From an uncultured Planctomycetales bacterium (GTDB taxonomy: Bacteria; Omnitrophota; Gorgyraeia; Gygaellales; Profunditerraquicolaceae), in contig CAZRVK010000004.1 in NCBI GenBank assembly GCA_964603585.1, positions 64,438 through 128,437 on the forward strand: a stretch of DNA of 64,000 nucleotides, written 5' to 3'. A model generated the notes under the pieces. It saw only the letters and a program-made list of their open reading frames with translations. It was not told the DNA's origin and ran no database searches. Below, piece after piece: positions 11,519 to 22,229 of this stretch. Every line of letters begins with the position of its first letter. Position 1 is the stretch's first letter. Position numbers and translations under genes: made by a program.

Positions 11519-12214
11519 ATGTTGAATATTGTAGCGGTCATTTTAGCGCGAGGCGGGTCTAAAGGGATCCCGGGCAAGAATATAGTTGATTTTTGCGGGA
11601 AGCCTTTGATTGTCTGGACAATTGAGCAATTGCAGCGTGTAAAGAAAATACGTTCTATTTGGGTCAGCTCGGATAGTAAGGATATACTTGAGATCGGCAA
11701 ACGTTATGGTGTCGAGCCTATATTACGGCCAGAACAGATTTCAGGTGATTCTGCTACTTCGGAATCAGGGTGGCTGCATGCCTTGGAATATATTAACAGT
11801 AAAGGCATAAGTACAGATATTATTTTTGCTCCACAGGTTACATCCCCATTACGGACCACAGATGATATTGAACGGGGATTGTATGATTTCAAGCAAAAGA
11901 ACTGCGATTCTCTTTTTTCGGCCAGTATTGCCGCAGATTTATTTTTCTGGGAGGAACTGCCCGGCAATGCATTGCGGAGTATAAATTACGATTATACTAA
12001 CCGGAAACGCCGGCAGGAGATACCTGTGCAGTATATAGAAAACGGATCTTTCTATGTCTTTACTCCGGAAATAATAAGGCGCTGTAATAACCGTCTTGGC
12101 GGGAAAATTGGCATTACCCTGATGGAATATTGGAAGATGTTTGAAATAAATTCTATTGAGGACTATAAAATTTGCGAGGCCTTGATGAAAGCTTTTATAT
12201 TAAAGACAACATGA
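11519..12214 (+). CDS. CMP-nonulosonic acid synthetase (acylneuraminate cytidylyltransferase family), copy 1
   Basis: VAVILARGGSKGIPGKNIVDFCGKPLIVWTIEQ, the CMP-NeuAc/CMP-KDO-type nucleotidyltransferase N-terminus. Confidence 0.75.
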   Translation: MLNIVAVILARGGSKGIPGKNIVDFCGKPLIVWTIEQLQRVKKIRSIWVSSDSKDILEIGKRYGVEPILRPEQISGDSATSESGWLHALEYINSKGISTDIIFAPQVTSPLRTTDDIERGLYDFKQKNCDSLFSASIAADLFFWEELPGNALRSINYDYTNRKRRQEIPVQYIENGSFYVFTPEIIRRCNNRLGGKIGITLMEYWKMFEINSIEDYKICEALMKAFILKTT

Positions 12215-12248
12215 AGGTTTTTAAAACCGTAAAAACAGAGGATTTCTT

Positions 12249-13226
12249 ATGGCTAAAGAAAATGAACGGTTAGTATGGTTTAACGGTGAGTTGATACCGG
12301 AATCCCAGGCAAGAATATCGATTTATGATTCTGCTCTTATGTTTGGCGATATGGTTTTTGAAATGACAAGATCATTCAATAAAGTGCAATTTAAACTTCG
12401 CCAGCATCTGGAACGTTTGTATGCATCAATCAGATATCTCCGGATCCCCTTGGAAATGAGTATTGACAGGATGCAAGAGTGTGTGTATGAGACAATTGAG
12501 GCAAACGATCCCTTATTTAATGATGATGATGAGCACAGATTAATGATTGACGTCTCGCGGGGGATCCTTTCAATCTATCAGGGTGTTGTTGGTGTTCATA
12601 AGGGGCCGAACGTTATAATTGCGGATTTCCCTTTAAGGTGGACAGTTGCTGGGATGGGGAAGCTGTTTGACACGGGGATTAATGCAGTTATCCCTTCTCA
12701 AAGGGCAATCCCTGCCCAGTTACTTGAACCAAAAGTTAAGAATCGCAGCAGGATACATTATCTTATGGCGAATATAGAGGTTTCCCGTTATGCAGGAGAA
12801 AATAATTGGGCGTTGCTTGTTGATCCGGATGGTTTTATTGCGGAAGGTACGGGAGATAATTTCTTTATTGTCAAAGACAAAGTGATCATTACTCCAGAGC
12901 CACGGAATATTTTAAGAGGGATCAGCCGCGCGTATATATTTGATTTAGCAAGAAAAATCGGTATTGCCTGTATCGAAAAGAATATTGAACCTTATGATGT
13001 TGTTAACGCGGATGAAGCATTTATGACCGGTACCCCTTTTTGTGCCCTGCCGGTAACATCATTGAACGGTATTTCGATTGGCAGTGCTTCAATGGGGATG
13101 ATTACTTCTCAATTATTGGATTGCTGGAGTAAAGAAGTCGGGGTGGATATAATCGCTCAAATAAAGAACTGGGATTCCAGCCGGCTCATGCCGATATCGA
13201 AAGGCCCTTCGCCGTATTCTTTTTGA
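12249..13226 (+). CDS. Fold-type IV PLP-dependent aminotransferase (branched-chain/D-amino-acid aminotransferase-like)
   Basis: Overall length and motifs of class IV aminotransferases (..GDMVFEMTR.., ..ADEAFMTGT..). Unusual inside a sugar cluster. Confidence 0.55.
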   Translation: MAKENERLVWFNGELIPESQARISIYDSALMFGDMVFEMTRSFNKVQFKLRQHLERLYASIRYLRIPLEMSIDRMQECVYETIEANDPLFNDDDEHRLMIDVSRGILSIYQGVVGVHKGPNVIIADFPLRWTVAGMGKLFDTGINAVIPSQRAIPAQLLEPKVKNRSRIHYLMANIEVSRYAGENNWALLVDPDGFIAEGTGDNFFIVKDKVIITPEPRNILRGISRAYIFDLARKIGIACIEKNIEPYDVVNADEAFMTGTPFCALPVTSLNGISIGSASMGMITSQLLDCWSKEVGVDIIAQIKNWDSSRLMPISKGPSPYSF

Positions 13227-13246
13227 GCATGGGAAGCGGGTGTTTA

Positions 13247-14044
13247 ATGAAATATTTTAACGGGTTATATTGTATACATCTTGAATTGACCAGTCGCTGC
13301 AATAAGAATTGCTGGATGTGTGGAAGAAGGAAAATAGACCGGGATTATCCAGAATTAGCTCTTGAATATGGCGATATGGATTTTGATTTAGTAAAGAAGA
13401 TCGCTTTTCAGCTGCCAGAAAACATTGTAGTGCAATTCCATAATAATGGTGAACCTTTATGTTATCCGCGGTTTGGCGAGGCGGTAAGGTTATTTAAAAA
13501 GCAGATAAAATGTGTTGATACAAATGCCAAATTGATCGTTCAAAAAGCGGATGAAATAATCTCTAACTTAGATACGATAACCATATCGGTTATAGAGAAT
13601 GATCCAGAGATGGATGAACAGTATCGATTAGTTAAGCAATTTTTAAAACTGAAAAAAGATAAAAAGCCGAATGTAATTTATCGTTGTTTAGGGCAGATTG
13701 ATGTAAAACCATGGAAAGAGTTAGGCGGAATAATTGCGACCAGGACATTGCATAATCCGTTAGGCAGTTTTCAGTATAGAAGATCTCCTACTGTGCCAGA
13801 GATAGGGATATGTCTGGAGATATTAAATCATCTGGCAATCAATAGGTTGGGAAAGGTTTCTCTTTGTGTTCGTTTTGACCCTAAAGGTTTGGGGATTATC
13901 GGAGATGCTAATCTGATGCCATTGGTGGATATCTGGAATAGCGAGAAAAGGAAGGAATGGGTTAAACATCATATTCAGGGGAATAGGGTTAAAATACCTT
14001 TTTGCAGTCATTGTGATTATTGGGGGGTAGCAACTTCTTCATGA
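13247..14044 (+). CDS. Radical SAM protein (small; CxxxCxxC plus C-terminal Cys pairs)
   Basis: LTSRCNKNCWMCGRR contains CX3CX2C, and a C-terminal CSHCDYWG. The track start at 13223 is TTG; the ATG at 13247 is preferred. Confidence 0.5.
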   Translation: MKYFNGLYCIHLELTSRCNKNCWMCGRRKIDRDYPELALEYGDMDFDLVKKIAFQLPENIVVQFHNNGEPLCYPRFGEAVRLFKKQIKCVDTNAKLIVQKADEIISNLDTITISVIENDPEMDEQYRLVKQFLKLKKDKKPNVIYRCLGQIDVKPWKELGGIIATRTLHNPLGSFQYRRSPTVPEIGICLEILNHLAINRLGKVSLCVRFDPKGLGIIGDANLMPLVDIWNSEKRKEWVKHHIQGNRVKIPFCSHCDYWGVATSS

Positions 14045-14097
14045 ACATTATGATATCGTGAAAAATTGCTGTCGTAAATGAAAAAGGATGGTTATGA

Positions 14098-15633
14098 GTG
14101 AAGAAGATATTATTGATTTATCCTAATCAGCAGGAAGTTGGCTGTAAACCCCCGGCTGTTTCTACTTTAGCCGCGGTAGTTAAAAATGCCGGATATGGTT
14201 TTAAGCTGTTAGATTTAACCCCCTATGAAATTATCTCCGGGATAACTTCCAAGGAAATAGGAGAAGAACGGTTTGAATACAAGAAGGTATCTAATCCGGA
14301 ACGTTTTCCTGCGCGGATTAAAATGTCTTTCGATGATTTCAAAGAAATACTGCGCAAGGAGATAGAGTCGTACCATCCTGATCTGATAGGCTTTACCACT
14401 ATTATTCATTTCTTTTCTTTAGCGAAGAAGCTGGGTGAATTTATCAAGACTTTTTCATCTGTGCCTATCATTGTTGGTGGAGTGCATCCTACAGCTTGTC
14501 CGGAAGATGTTATCCGGGAATCCTTCGTTGATATTATCTGTATTGGTGAGGGAGAAGGGGCGTTGCTGGATTTAATGAATCGCATTGATGAGGGTAAAGA
14601 CATAACTCGGATAAAAAACCTTTGGGTAAAGCAAAATAACAAAATATATAAGAATCCCTTGCGTCCGATCATTGAGGATATAGATACTCTGCCGGTTCCA
14701 GATTGGGATGTATTCCCCCAAATACAGTTTTATAAGCCTTATATGGGGCACGTATATAAGTATGGGGATATTGAAAGAAGCCGGGGATGTCCTTTCAGCT
14801 GCGGTTATTGTATTAATCCTTATACGCATGCGTTATACGGCAAGAAAAGCTTTTACCGGGTAAAATCAACCGCTCGGATGATGGAAGAGCTAACGGTTCT
14901 TAAGGATAAATATAAATTAGAGTTCATCAGGTTTTGGGATGAGTTATTTGTCGCTAACCCTGATAAATTTGCCGAATTCAGCCGGGCATATGCCAAGCAA
15001 ATTAAACTGCCTTTTACGATAGAGACAACAGGTGAAAGCATTAATGACGAAACAGCTCGTCTGCTTAAGGATATGAATTGCCAAAGTGCCAGTATTGGAT
15101 TTGAGACCGGCAGTGAAGATTTACGTAAACGGATCTTAAATAAAAACACAAAAAATGCTGTTTATTTGAATGCTTTTAAGACTTTAAAGAAATTCGGCAT
15201 TCGCACGGTTGCCTTTATCATGCTGGCTATCCCGGAAGATAGCGAAGCGAATTATTGGCAAACAATACGTTTCCTTCAAGAGGCAGAAGCTGATACTATT
15301 TGCGTAAGTTTTTTATATCCCTTCCGGAATACCGCTATTCGCAATAATTATGCGCAGATATATCAAAAACTTTATCCTCACATTGATGAAGATATCGCAA
15401 ATACTAAGTTGGATATTTATCCGGTGTGTACAGATGTTCCTAAGGAAAGGTGGTTAGAATTTGGCAATTTAATGCCGATTTATAAGGAAATGCCTGAATG
15501 GCTTTGGCCCTTGATCAATAAGTGCGCTAAATCAAAAGATCCCAAAGATGCGGAATATTTGAGATTTCTGAAACAAATAATTTATAAGAAGAAATACGGT
15601 GAATGGCCTGATAATGATGATAACAGATCGTGA
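14098..15633 (+). CDS. B12-binding-domain radical SAM enzyme (class B radical SAM, putative methyltransferase), copy 1
   Basis: N-terminal cobalamin-binding Rossmann-like domain (KKILLIYPN..VGGVHPTACPED) and radical SAM site RSRGCPFSCGYCIN. GTG start. Confidence 0.7.
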   Translation: MKKILLIYPNQQEVGCKPPAVSTLAAVVKNAGYGFKLLDLTPYEIISGITSKEIGEERFEYKKVSNPERFPARIKMSFDDFKEILRKEIESYHPDLIGFTTIIHFFSLAKKLGEFIKTFSSVPIIVGGVHPTACPEDVIRESFVDIICIGEGEGALLDLMNRIDEGKDITRIKNLWVKQNNKIYKNPLRPIIEDIDTLPVPDWDVFPQIQFYKPYMGHVYKYGDIERSRGCPFSCGYCINPYTHALYGKKSFYRVKSTARMMEELTVLKDKYKLEFIRFWDELFVANPDKFAEFSRAYAKQIKLPFTIETTGESINDETARLLKDMNCQSASIGFETGSEDLRKRILNKNTKNAVYLNAFKTLKKFGIRTVAFIMLAIPEDSEANYWQTIRFLQEAEADTICVSFLYPFRNTAIRNNYAQIYQKLYPHIDEDIANTKLDIYPVCTDVPKERWLEFGNLMPIYKEMPEWLWPLINKCAKSKDPKDAEYLRFLKQIIYKKKYGEWPDNDDNRS

Positions 15634-15651
15634 GCTGCTTAGTACTTTATC

Positions 15652-17040
15652 ATGAAAATACTTTTGGTTGTATATGACAATGATTCTTGTGTTTCTGTAT
15701 TTCCGTTAGGGACTGCTTATATCGCAGCGGCTTGCCGTAATGCCGGACATGATGTCGAGATATATAATCAGGATGTTTATCATTGGCCAGAATCACATTT
15801 GGTTGAATTCTTAAACCGAGAACATTTTGATGCTGTTGGATTGGGCATAATCGGCGGGTATTATCAATACCGAAAATTATTATATATCTCTGAGGCAATA
15901 AACAAAGTAAAGAAAAAGCCTTTTTATATCCTGGGAGGTCATGGTCCCTCTCCGGAACCGGAGTTTTTCCTAAGAAAAACGAAAGCAGATGCGGTAGTTA
16001 TTGGTGAAGGGGAATCAACGATAGTTGATCTGCTTGAGGCGATTGAGAATAATAATGATTTATCTTCTGTGGAAGGTATAGTTTATCGTGATGGCGACAA
16101 ATGCAGTACAACGGCTATTAGAAAGCCAATCGCGGATATCGATAAAGTTATTTATCCTGCCTGGGATTTATTCCCGATTGATCACTACGTGCTTCTAAGA
16201 GACCCGGGAATGGTCAATAGCGATAGGTATATGGCAGTCATAACCGGAAGAGGGTGTCCTTTTAGCTGCAATTTTTGCTATCGGATGATGCCAGGATTTA
16301 GGCCAAGATCGATCGATAGTATCATAGAAGAAATTCGTATATTGCAGTTGGACTACGGCATCACGTATATCGAGTTTGTGGATGAGCTTTTGATGAGTTC
16401 TCTGCAGAGGACTATAGAACTTTGCGAGAGTTTTATAAAAGCAAATATTAAGTTGAAATGGAATTGCAATGGGCGTCTTAATTATGCGAAGCCTGATGTT
16501 TTAGCTCTGATGAAAAGAGCAGGCTGTGTTTTCATAAATTATGGTATCGAATCTTTGGATGAGACAGCTTTGAAGGCGATGAATAAAGCACTTACAGTTG
16601 ATCAAATCGTTAATGGTATAGATAATACCTTAAAGTCAGGAATAAGCCCGGGGTTCAACATAATTTTCGGCAATATTGGAGAGAACCGGGAGTCCTTGGC
16701 TAAAGGGGTAGATTTCTTGCTCAAATATGATAATCATGCTCAAATGCGGACAATAAGGCCGGTTACTCCTTATCCGGGTTCTGCGCTTTACTATTATGCA
16801 ATAAAAAAAGGTTTATTGAGGGATTGCCAGGATTTCTATGAGAACAAACATATTAATTCCGATCTGCTTTCGGTTAATTTTACAAGTTTAAGTGACGATG
16901 ATTTTCATGGCCTGCTTTATGAGGCAAACGAAAAACTAATCAGGAATTACTATTCCGCGAAACTTGATTCGACTTTAGACGCTGCAAGAAAACTATATTT
17001 GGAGCGTGATGTGTCTTTTCGCGGCTTCAGGCAGACTTAA
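15652..17040 (+). CDS. B12-binding-domain radical SAM enzyme, copy 2
   Basis: MKILLVVYDN..LGGHGPSPEPEFF (B12 domain) and TGRGCPFSCNFCYR. Confidence 0.7.
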   Translation: MKILLVVYDNDSCVSVFPLGTAYIAAACRNAGHDVEIYNQDVYHWPESHLVEFLNREHFDAVGLGIIGGYYQYRKLLYISEAINKVKKKPFYILGGHGPSPEPEFFLRKTKADAVVIGEGESTIVDLLEAIENNNDLSSVEGIVYRDGDKCSTTAIRKPIADIDKVIYPAWDLFPIDHYVLLRDPGMVNSDRYMAVITGRGCPFSCNFCYRMMPGFRPRSIDSIIEEIRILQLDYGITYIEFVDELLMSSLQRTIELCESFIKANIKLKWNCNGRLNYAKPDVLALMKRAGCVFINYGIESLDETALKAMNKALTVDQIVNGIDNTLKSGISPGFNIIFGNIGENRESLAKGVDFLLKYDNHAQMRTIRPVTPYPGSALYYYAIKKGLLRDCQDFYENKHINSDLLSVNFTSLSDDDFHGLLYEANEKLIRNYYSAKLDSTLDAARKLYLERDVSFRGFRQT

Positions 17041-17068
17041 ATGAAATGTATGAGAAATTTAAGGGGGG

Positions 17069-17932
17069 ATGATGCCTAAGTTGAAATCATGTTACCTTTG
17101 TAAAAGTACCAAGCTTAAGGAAAAAAATGGCCGGGTTCGGGATAATCCTAATTTAAAAATCATGGAGTGCAGTGAGTGCGGATTAGTTTTCTTATCCTGC
17201 TTCGATCATATCGGTAACAATTTCTACGAACAGTCATTGATCCATGAAAAACCTGTAAATATCCAATCTTTGCTTAAAGATACATCTTGTGATGATGAGA
17301 GAAGATTTACTTGCCACAGGAGGCTGATTGAGAATAAATCTTTGCTTGATTTTGGCTGTGGTGCTGGGGGGTTTCTCTGCCGTGCCCGATCAACGGCTGC
17401 TTCGGTTGTTGGCGTTGAGGTCGAGATGCGTTTTAAGCCCCATTTTCAGAAAGAAAACATAGATGTATTCACCAGTATTAACGATGTAAGTGGCCGGTTT
17501 GATGTAATAACTATTTTTCACGTGTTAGAGCATATGAAGGATCCGGTAGATACTCTACGCAGATTGTCGGGAAAGTTAAGCGAAAACGGCTGTATAATCG
17601 TAGAGGTCCCATCCTCTGATGATGCGCTTTTAAAACTCTATGAGAATCCGGCTTTTTCGCAATTTGCTTATTGGAGCTGTCATTTATTCCTTTTTAATCC
17701 CGGTTCTCTTTCGCGTATTGCCAGGAAAGCGGGATTAAAGGCAAATTATCTTAAGCAAATCCAGAGATACCCGCTATCAAACCATTTATATTGGCTGGCA
17801 AAGGGAAAATCAGGCGGACATAAGATATGGGGCTTCTTGGATTCGCATGAGCTTGATACGGCATACGAAAAACAACTGGCTGCACTTGGGCTTTGTGATA
17901 CGATTGTGGGAAGTTTTTCAAAAATCAAATAA
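17069..17932 (+). CDS. Class I SAM-dependent methyltransferase with an N-terminal Cys4 zinc ribbon
   Basis: CYLCKST...CSECG zinc ribbon; motif I LLDFGCGAGGF; motif post-I/II FDVITIFHVLEH. Confidence 0.6.
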   Translation: MMPKLKSCYLCKSTKLKEKNGRVRDNPNLKIMECSECGLVFLSCFDHIGNNFYEQSLIHEKPVNIQSLLKDTSCDDERRFTCHRRLIENKSLLDFGCGAGGFLCRARSTAASVVGVEVEMRFKPHFQKENIDVFTSINDVSGRFDVITIFHVLEHMKDPVDTLRRLSGKLSENGCIIVEVPSSDDALLKLYENPAFSQFAYWSCHLFLFNPGSLSRIARKAGLKANYLKQIQRYPLSNHLYWLAKGKSGGHKIWGFLDSHELDTAYEKQLAALGLCDTIVGSFSKIK

Positions 17933-17949
17933 TTATCTATTAAACGAGG

Positions 17950-19446
17950 TTGAATTTGGAATCTTACCGGACATTCATTAAAAATAATCGTAGCCTTTTG
18001 ATCGGTCATCTTTTGATTTATGCACAAGGGATCATTCTTATGCCCATAGTGATAAAGTCGGCTGGGGTGGTGGTTTATGGCGGATATATTTTACTTTCTG
18101 GTTTGGTCGGTTTTATCTTTGGGATCTCTTCTTTTGGAGTTGGGTTTAACTGCGGGCGTTTTCTCCCCGGGATCGAAGCCAGAGAAGAGAAGAGGGATAT
18201 TTTTTATCCCCAATTCTGGTTTCAATTCTTAATGCTTGTTATTTTGGCTTTGATCTTCGATCTTTTTTATCCAGGTTTGAACCGGTTTTTAATAAAGGGT
18301 GAATTTGTTTTTTCAAAATGGCTTGTATCTATCCTTCTGGTTTCGAATTTATTTTACAGTCAGGCAAGCAGCTACTTTTTATCTACTCATAGGATACATC
18401 ATTTTAACTTCGCAACTGTGGCGCTGCCGTACATCAATCTTTTCTTGATTTTGGCGATTTATTGGATCAAGAAAGACCTATCCTTGAATATGCTGTTTTT
18501 AACTCAGATAATTACCTATCTTCTGATTGGGATCCCGTTATCCGTATTACTTTTTCGCGAAATTGGGGTAAAGCTGATTTTGCCGGATCTTAAGCAGCTC
18601 AAGAATGATATGCGGCTTGGCATTCCTTTACGGCTTAATTTTATAATGGATGTTGTTTTATCCTTTAGTGACCGCTATGTAATAACCTATTTTTTAAGCG
18701 TAGCGGCAGTCGGTTATTATAACCCGGGTTATGCTATCGGCTCTTTGACCCTTTTTCTGCCACGGGTTTTGGGGGTTGTATTACTTCCGCTTTTATCTAA
18801 AGCCATTGACTCTCATAGGGAAAATGAGGCTTATAATATGTTAAGTTATGCGATTAAGGCTTTTCTCTTAGTATCTATCCCTTTTGTTTTTGGGTCTATT
18901 GTTTTGAGCGCTCCGCTATTGAATCTGTTTGCTAACGCCGAGGTTTCACAACGAGCCTATATGGTAACACCAATAATCGCATTAGCTACTCTTTTCTTTG
19001 GTTTGAATATTATTCTTTCCAATGTCCTGTGGGTTAGATTGAAAACAGCCATTATATTCAAGATGAATATGTTGGCGGCGCTCATTAATCTTATGCTTAA
19101 TCTTATTTTACTCAATCTGTTTCGTGATGTTAGAGTAGCCGCTCTTACTACCCTAATCAGTTATTTTATTGCATTTATTTTCATTTATAATGCCGTGATA
19201 AGAGTTTGGCCGATTCGCCTGCAATGGCAGGTTGTCGTAAAAATTGTCATTGCTGCGGTATTTATGTCGGGTTTTTTGTATGGGGTATCATTTTGCCCGG
19301 TTAAGAAAATATACAACCCCTGGTTTCTTCTGATAGAAATAATGGCCGCAATAATTGCATATCTTTTTGCGCTCGTTTTTCTTAAGGCTTTTTCCAGTAA
19401 GGAATTAAAGTATTTAAAGAACTCATTAGCCTTCGATCTTAGCTGA
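17950..19446 (+). CDS. Wzx-type oligosaccharide flippase (MOP superfamily)
   Basis: About 12 predicted TM helices throughout, with polysaccharide-biosynthesis-protein-like topology. TTG start as annotated by the track. Confidence 0.55.
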   Translation: MNLESYRTFIKNNRSLLIGHLLIYAQGIILMPIVIKSAGVVVYGGYILLSGLVGFIFGISSFGVGFNCGRFLPGIEAREEKRDIFYPQFWFQFLMLVILALIFDLFYPGLNRFLIKGEFVFSKWLVSILLVSNLFYSQASSYFLSTHRIHHFNFATVALPYINLFLILAIYWIKKDLSLNMLFLTQIITYLLIGIPLSVLLFREIGVKLILPDLKQLKNDMRLGIPLRLNFIMDVVLSFSDRYVITYFLSVAAVGYYNPGYAIGSLTLFLPRVLGVVLLPLLSKAIDSHRENEAYNMLSYAIKAFLLVSIPFVFGSIVLSAPLLNLFANAEVSQRAYMVTPIIALATLFFGLNIILSNVLWVRLKTAIIFKMNMLAALINLMLNLILLNLFRDVRVAALTTLISYFIAFIFIYNAVIRVWPIRLQWQVVVKIVIAAVFMSGFLYGVSFCPVKKIYNPWFLLIEIMAAIIAYLFALVFLKAFSSKELKYLKNSLAFDLS

Positions 19447-19482
19447 TGGATACGAACAATAATTTTACGAGGGACATGATAT

Positions 19483-20466
19483 ATGAACATTAAGAAGAAA
19501 GTTCTGGTTACGGGTGCCGGAGGATTTATTGGAAGCCATCTGGTGGAAAAATTGTCTGCAAGGGGATATCATATCAAAGCCTTTGTGCATTACAATTCGC
19601 GGAATTCATGGGGCTGGCTGGAAACTCTAAATTGTAAAACCCCTTTGGAGGTAATTACGGGAGACATTCGGGATATTGATATTGTAAGAGGCGCGATGCG
19701 CGATGTTAAAATGGTTTTTCATCTTGCCGCTTTAATAGGAATCCCATACTCATTCTGTTCTCCGCAAGCATATTTTCAGACTAACATTAAAGGATCTTTG
19801 AATATTTTACAATCTGCAATGGATTTGGATGTTAAAAAAATTATCATTACTTCTACAAGTGAAATCTATGGGACCGCCCAGTTTGTCCCGATCAGGGAAG
19901 ATCATCCGATTAACCCGCAATCTCCGTATGCGGCGACAAAATCCTCTGCTGATCTTATTGCCGTGTCATTCTACCGTTCTTTTAATTTGCCGGTTGCGAT
20001 TGTTAGACCGTTCAATACTTACGGTCCAAGACAATCGGCGCGGGCAGTAATTCCGACGATCATTACTCAAATGCTTAATTCTAACAATAAAATCAAACTC
20101 GGGGCTTTAAATCCAACTCGGGATTTTACATATGTTGAAGATACTGTCGAAGGATTCATCCTTGCCGGTGAATCTTCAAAGACTGCAGGAGAGATTATTA
20201 ATCTTGGAAGTGGTTCGGAGATATCAATTAGTGACTTGGCACGGTTAATCTCGAAATACCTCAATTGCAGTCTAAAAATAGAGTCTGAAGATGATCGGAA
20301 ACGCCCGGTCAATAGTGAAGTCACCAGGTTAATTGCGGATAACAGCAAGGCTAAGCGGCTATTGAAATGGATGCCTAAATACAACTTAGAAGCCGGTCTT
20401 AAAAAAACAATTGCCTGGTTTAAGAATAATCAAAGCCTTTATAAGCCCTGGATTTACAATGTATAA
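19483..20466 (+). CDS. NAD-dependent sugar-nucleotide epimerase/dehydratase (extended SDR)
   Basis: VLVTGAGGFIGSHLVEKL, the YAATKSSADL (YxxxK) motif, and a C-terminal substrate domain. Confidence 0.75.
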   Translation: MNIKKKVLVTGAGGFIGSHLVEKLSARGYHIKAFVHYNSRNSWGWLETLNCKTPLEVITGDIRDIDIVRGAMRDVKMVFHLAALIGIPYSFCSPQAYFQTNIKGSLNILQSAMDLDVKKIIITSTSEIYGTAQFVPIREDHPINPQSPYAATKSSADLIAVSFYRSFNLPVAIVRPFNTYGPRQSARAVIPTIITQMLNSNNKIKLGALNPTRDFTYVEDTVEGFILAGESSKTAGEIINLGSGSEISISDLARLISKYLNCSLKIESEDDRKRPVNSEVTRLIADNSKAKRLLKWMPKYNLEAGLKKTIAWFKNNQSLYKPWIYNV

Positions 20467-20498
20467 GACAGATACATTATAGACAAAATCAAAAGGGG

Positions 20499-21575
20499 AT
20501 GCTTGCGTTTATGGAACGACTAAAAAGAACTATTATTCCTTCCGGCCAAACAATAAAAAATGTTTTAAAACATATGGATGCTGTAGGCGAGAAGACAGTT
20601 TTCATCGTTGGAAGTAAAAACAGGCTTTTGGGGAGTGTTACGGACGGGGATATACGCAGATGGATATTGCGGGGCAAGAGCTTGATGCAAGATGTTGTTG
20701 AAGTCATGAATCCTAATCCGATATGCTTGACCTCGGGGTTTGAGCCTGAAATGGCTAAAACACTCATGATCGAGAATTCAGTAGAGTGTTTGCCGGTAAT
20801 AAATGATTCGAAGGAGGTTGTTTCTGCTATTCGCTGGATAGATCTTTTTGAGGATAAGTTAAAGAAAATTAAACCTCTGAAATCTGATGTTGTGATTATG
20901 GCTGGAGGGGAAGGTGTACGGTTACATCCTTTCACAAAAATACTTCCTAAACCTTTGATGCCGATAGGCGACAAGCCGATCATTGAGATAATCATAAACC
21001 GTTTCTTTGATTTTGGCTGTACTGATTTTTACCTCTCTTTGAATTATAAGTCCAGCATAATAAAGGCGTATTTCAGTGATTTTGAGCATGATTACAAGAT
21101 CAATTATATCATAGAAAGCAAGCCGTTAGGTACTGCTGGTAGCCTGAATTTGCTTAAGCATAAAATTAAAAAAACATTTTTTGTCAGCAATTGCGATATT
21201 TTAATTGAGGCTGATTACGCGGATATATTAAAATTCCACCGCCAAAGAAAAAATAAGATTACTATGGTCAGCTCAATGAAGAATTTTACGATTCCTTACG
21301 GGATCTGCGAGATCTATGATGGGGGTGTATTGAAAAGCATACAAGAAAAACCCGAGTATGACTTTTTAGTGAATACAGGGATGTACGTTTTAGAGCCCGA
21401 GGTGATCGATGATATACCAAAAAACAAATTTTACAATATTACTGATCTGATAAACGCATATTTAAGCGAATCAAAAAAGGTGGGTGTTTATCCAGTATCT
21501 GAAAAGTCATGGATTGATATTGGGCAAATGGAAGAGATGCAGAATACGTTGCGTAACATAAAGATCAATGAATAA
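20499..21575 (+). CDS. CBS-pair-containing sugar-1-phosphate nucleotidyltransferase (PtmE-like)
   Basis: N-terminal CBS domains (VTDGDIRRWIL.., ..CLPVINDSKEVVSAIRWIDL) fused to a nucleotidyltransferase domain (VIMAGGEGVRLHPFTKILPKPLMPIGDKPIIE). This architecture is known from PtmE in the Campylobacter legionaminic acid pathway. Confidence 0.6.
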   Translation: MLAFMERLKRTIIPSGQTIKNVLKHMDAVGEKTVFIVGSKNRLLGSVTDGDIRRWILRGKSLMQDVVEVMNPNPICLTSGFEPEMAKTLMIENSVECLPVINDSKEVVSAIRWIDLFEDKLKKIKPLKSDVVIMAGGEGVRLHPFTKILPKPLMPIGDKPIIEIIINRFFDFGCTDFYLSLNYKSSIIKAYFSDFEHDYKINYIIESKPLGTAGSLNLLKHKIKKTFFVSNCDILIEADYADILKFHRQRKNKITMVSSMKNFTIPYGICEIYDGGVLKSIQEKPEYDFLVNTGMYVLEPEVIDDIPKNKFYNITDLINAYLSESKKVGVYPVSEKSWIDIGQMEEMQNTLRNIKINE

Positions 21576-22227
21576 TGAACGTGTAGTGGTGTTTGCCAAG
21601 GAAAAATCTGGTTTACATCAGGCATTAAATTTCTTACGCAGGAATTTTTGTCGGGTCGATCTATTCAAAGGGGATCGTTTGGATGCCTTTCCAAGCAAGG
21701 CATATGACCGTAAGTATGATATTTGTGTATCGTATATGTCTCCCTGGGTCATCCCAGGTGATTTCTTATCCGGAATTAGTGGGTTTTCCATTAATTTTCA
21801 TCCCGGCACGCCCAAATACCGGGGTATTGGATGTACGAATTTTGCGATCTATAACAATGAGCGAAAATACGGAGTAACAGCTCATTTAATGGTGCCGAAT
21901 ATAGATTCCGGAAAAATAATCGATGTGAAATATTTCAGGATCTTGCCCGGAGATTCTTTGCTTGATGTAACTAAGAAATGTTACCAGTATATCCTTATGC
22001 AGTTTTATGATATTTTTAAATATTATTTTAAGCATGCAAGATTGCCTTTAAGTCATGAAAAATGGAGCCGACACTTGTACACGCGGGCAGAACTTGACCG
22101 CCTATGCCGGATCACGCCTAAAATGCCTTTATCTGAAGTTAAACGCCGGATTAAAGCCACAGATTTCCCCAATATGCCAAAGGCCTATGTTAAGATGTTC
22201 GGCTATCGTTTTGAATATAAGGAGTAG
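21568..22227 (+). CDS. Formyltransferase-family protein (Fmt/PurN-like catalytic domain)
   Basis: INFHPGTPKYRGIGCTNFAIYN...GVTAHLMVPNIDSGKII resembles the formyl-transferase core (HxSLLPxxRG...D). Confidence 0.5.
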   Translation: MNNERVVVFAKEKSGLHQALNFLRRNFCRVDLFKGDRLDAFPSKAYDRKYDICVSYMSPWVIPGDFLSGISGFSINFHPGTPKYRGIGCTNFAIYNNERKYGVTAHLMVPNIDSGKIIDVKYFRILPGDSLLDVTKKCYQYILMQFYDIFKYYFKHARLPLSHEKWSRHLYTRAELDRLCRITPKMPLSEVKRRIKATDFPNMPKAYVKMFGYRFEYKE

Positions 22228-22229
22228 GG

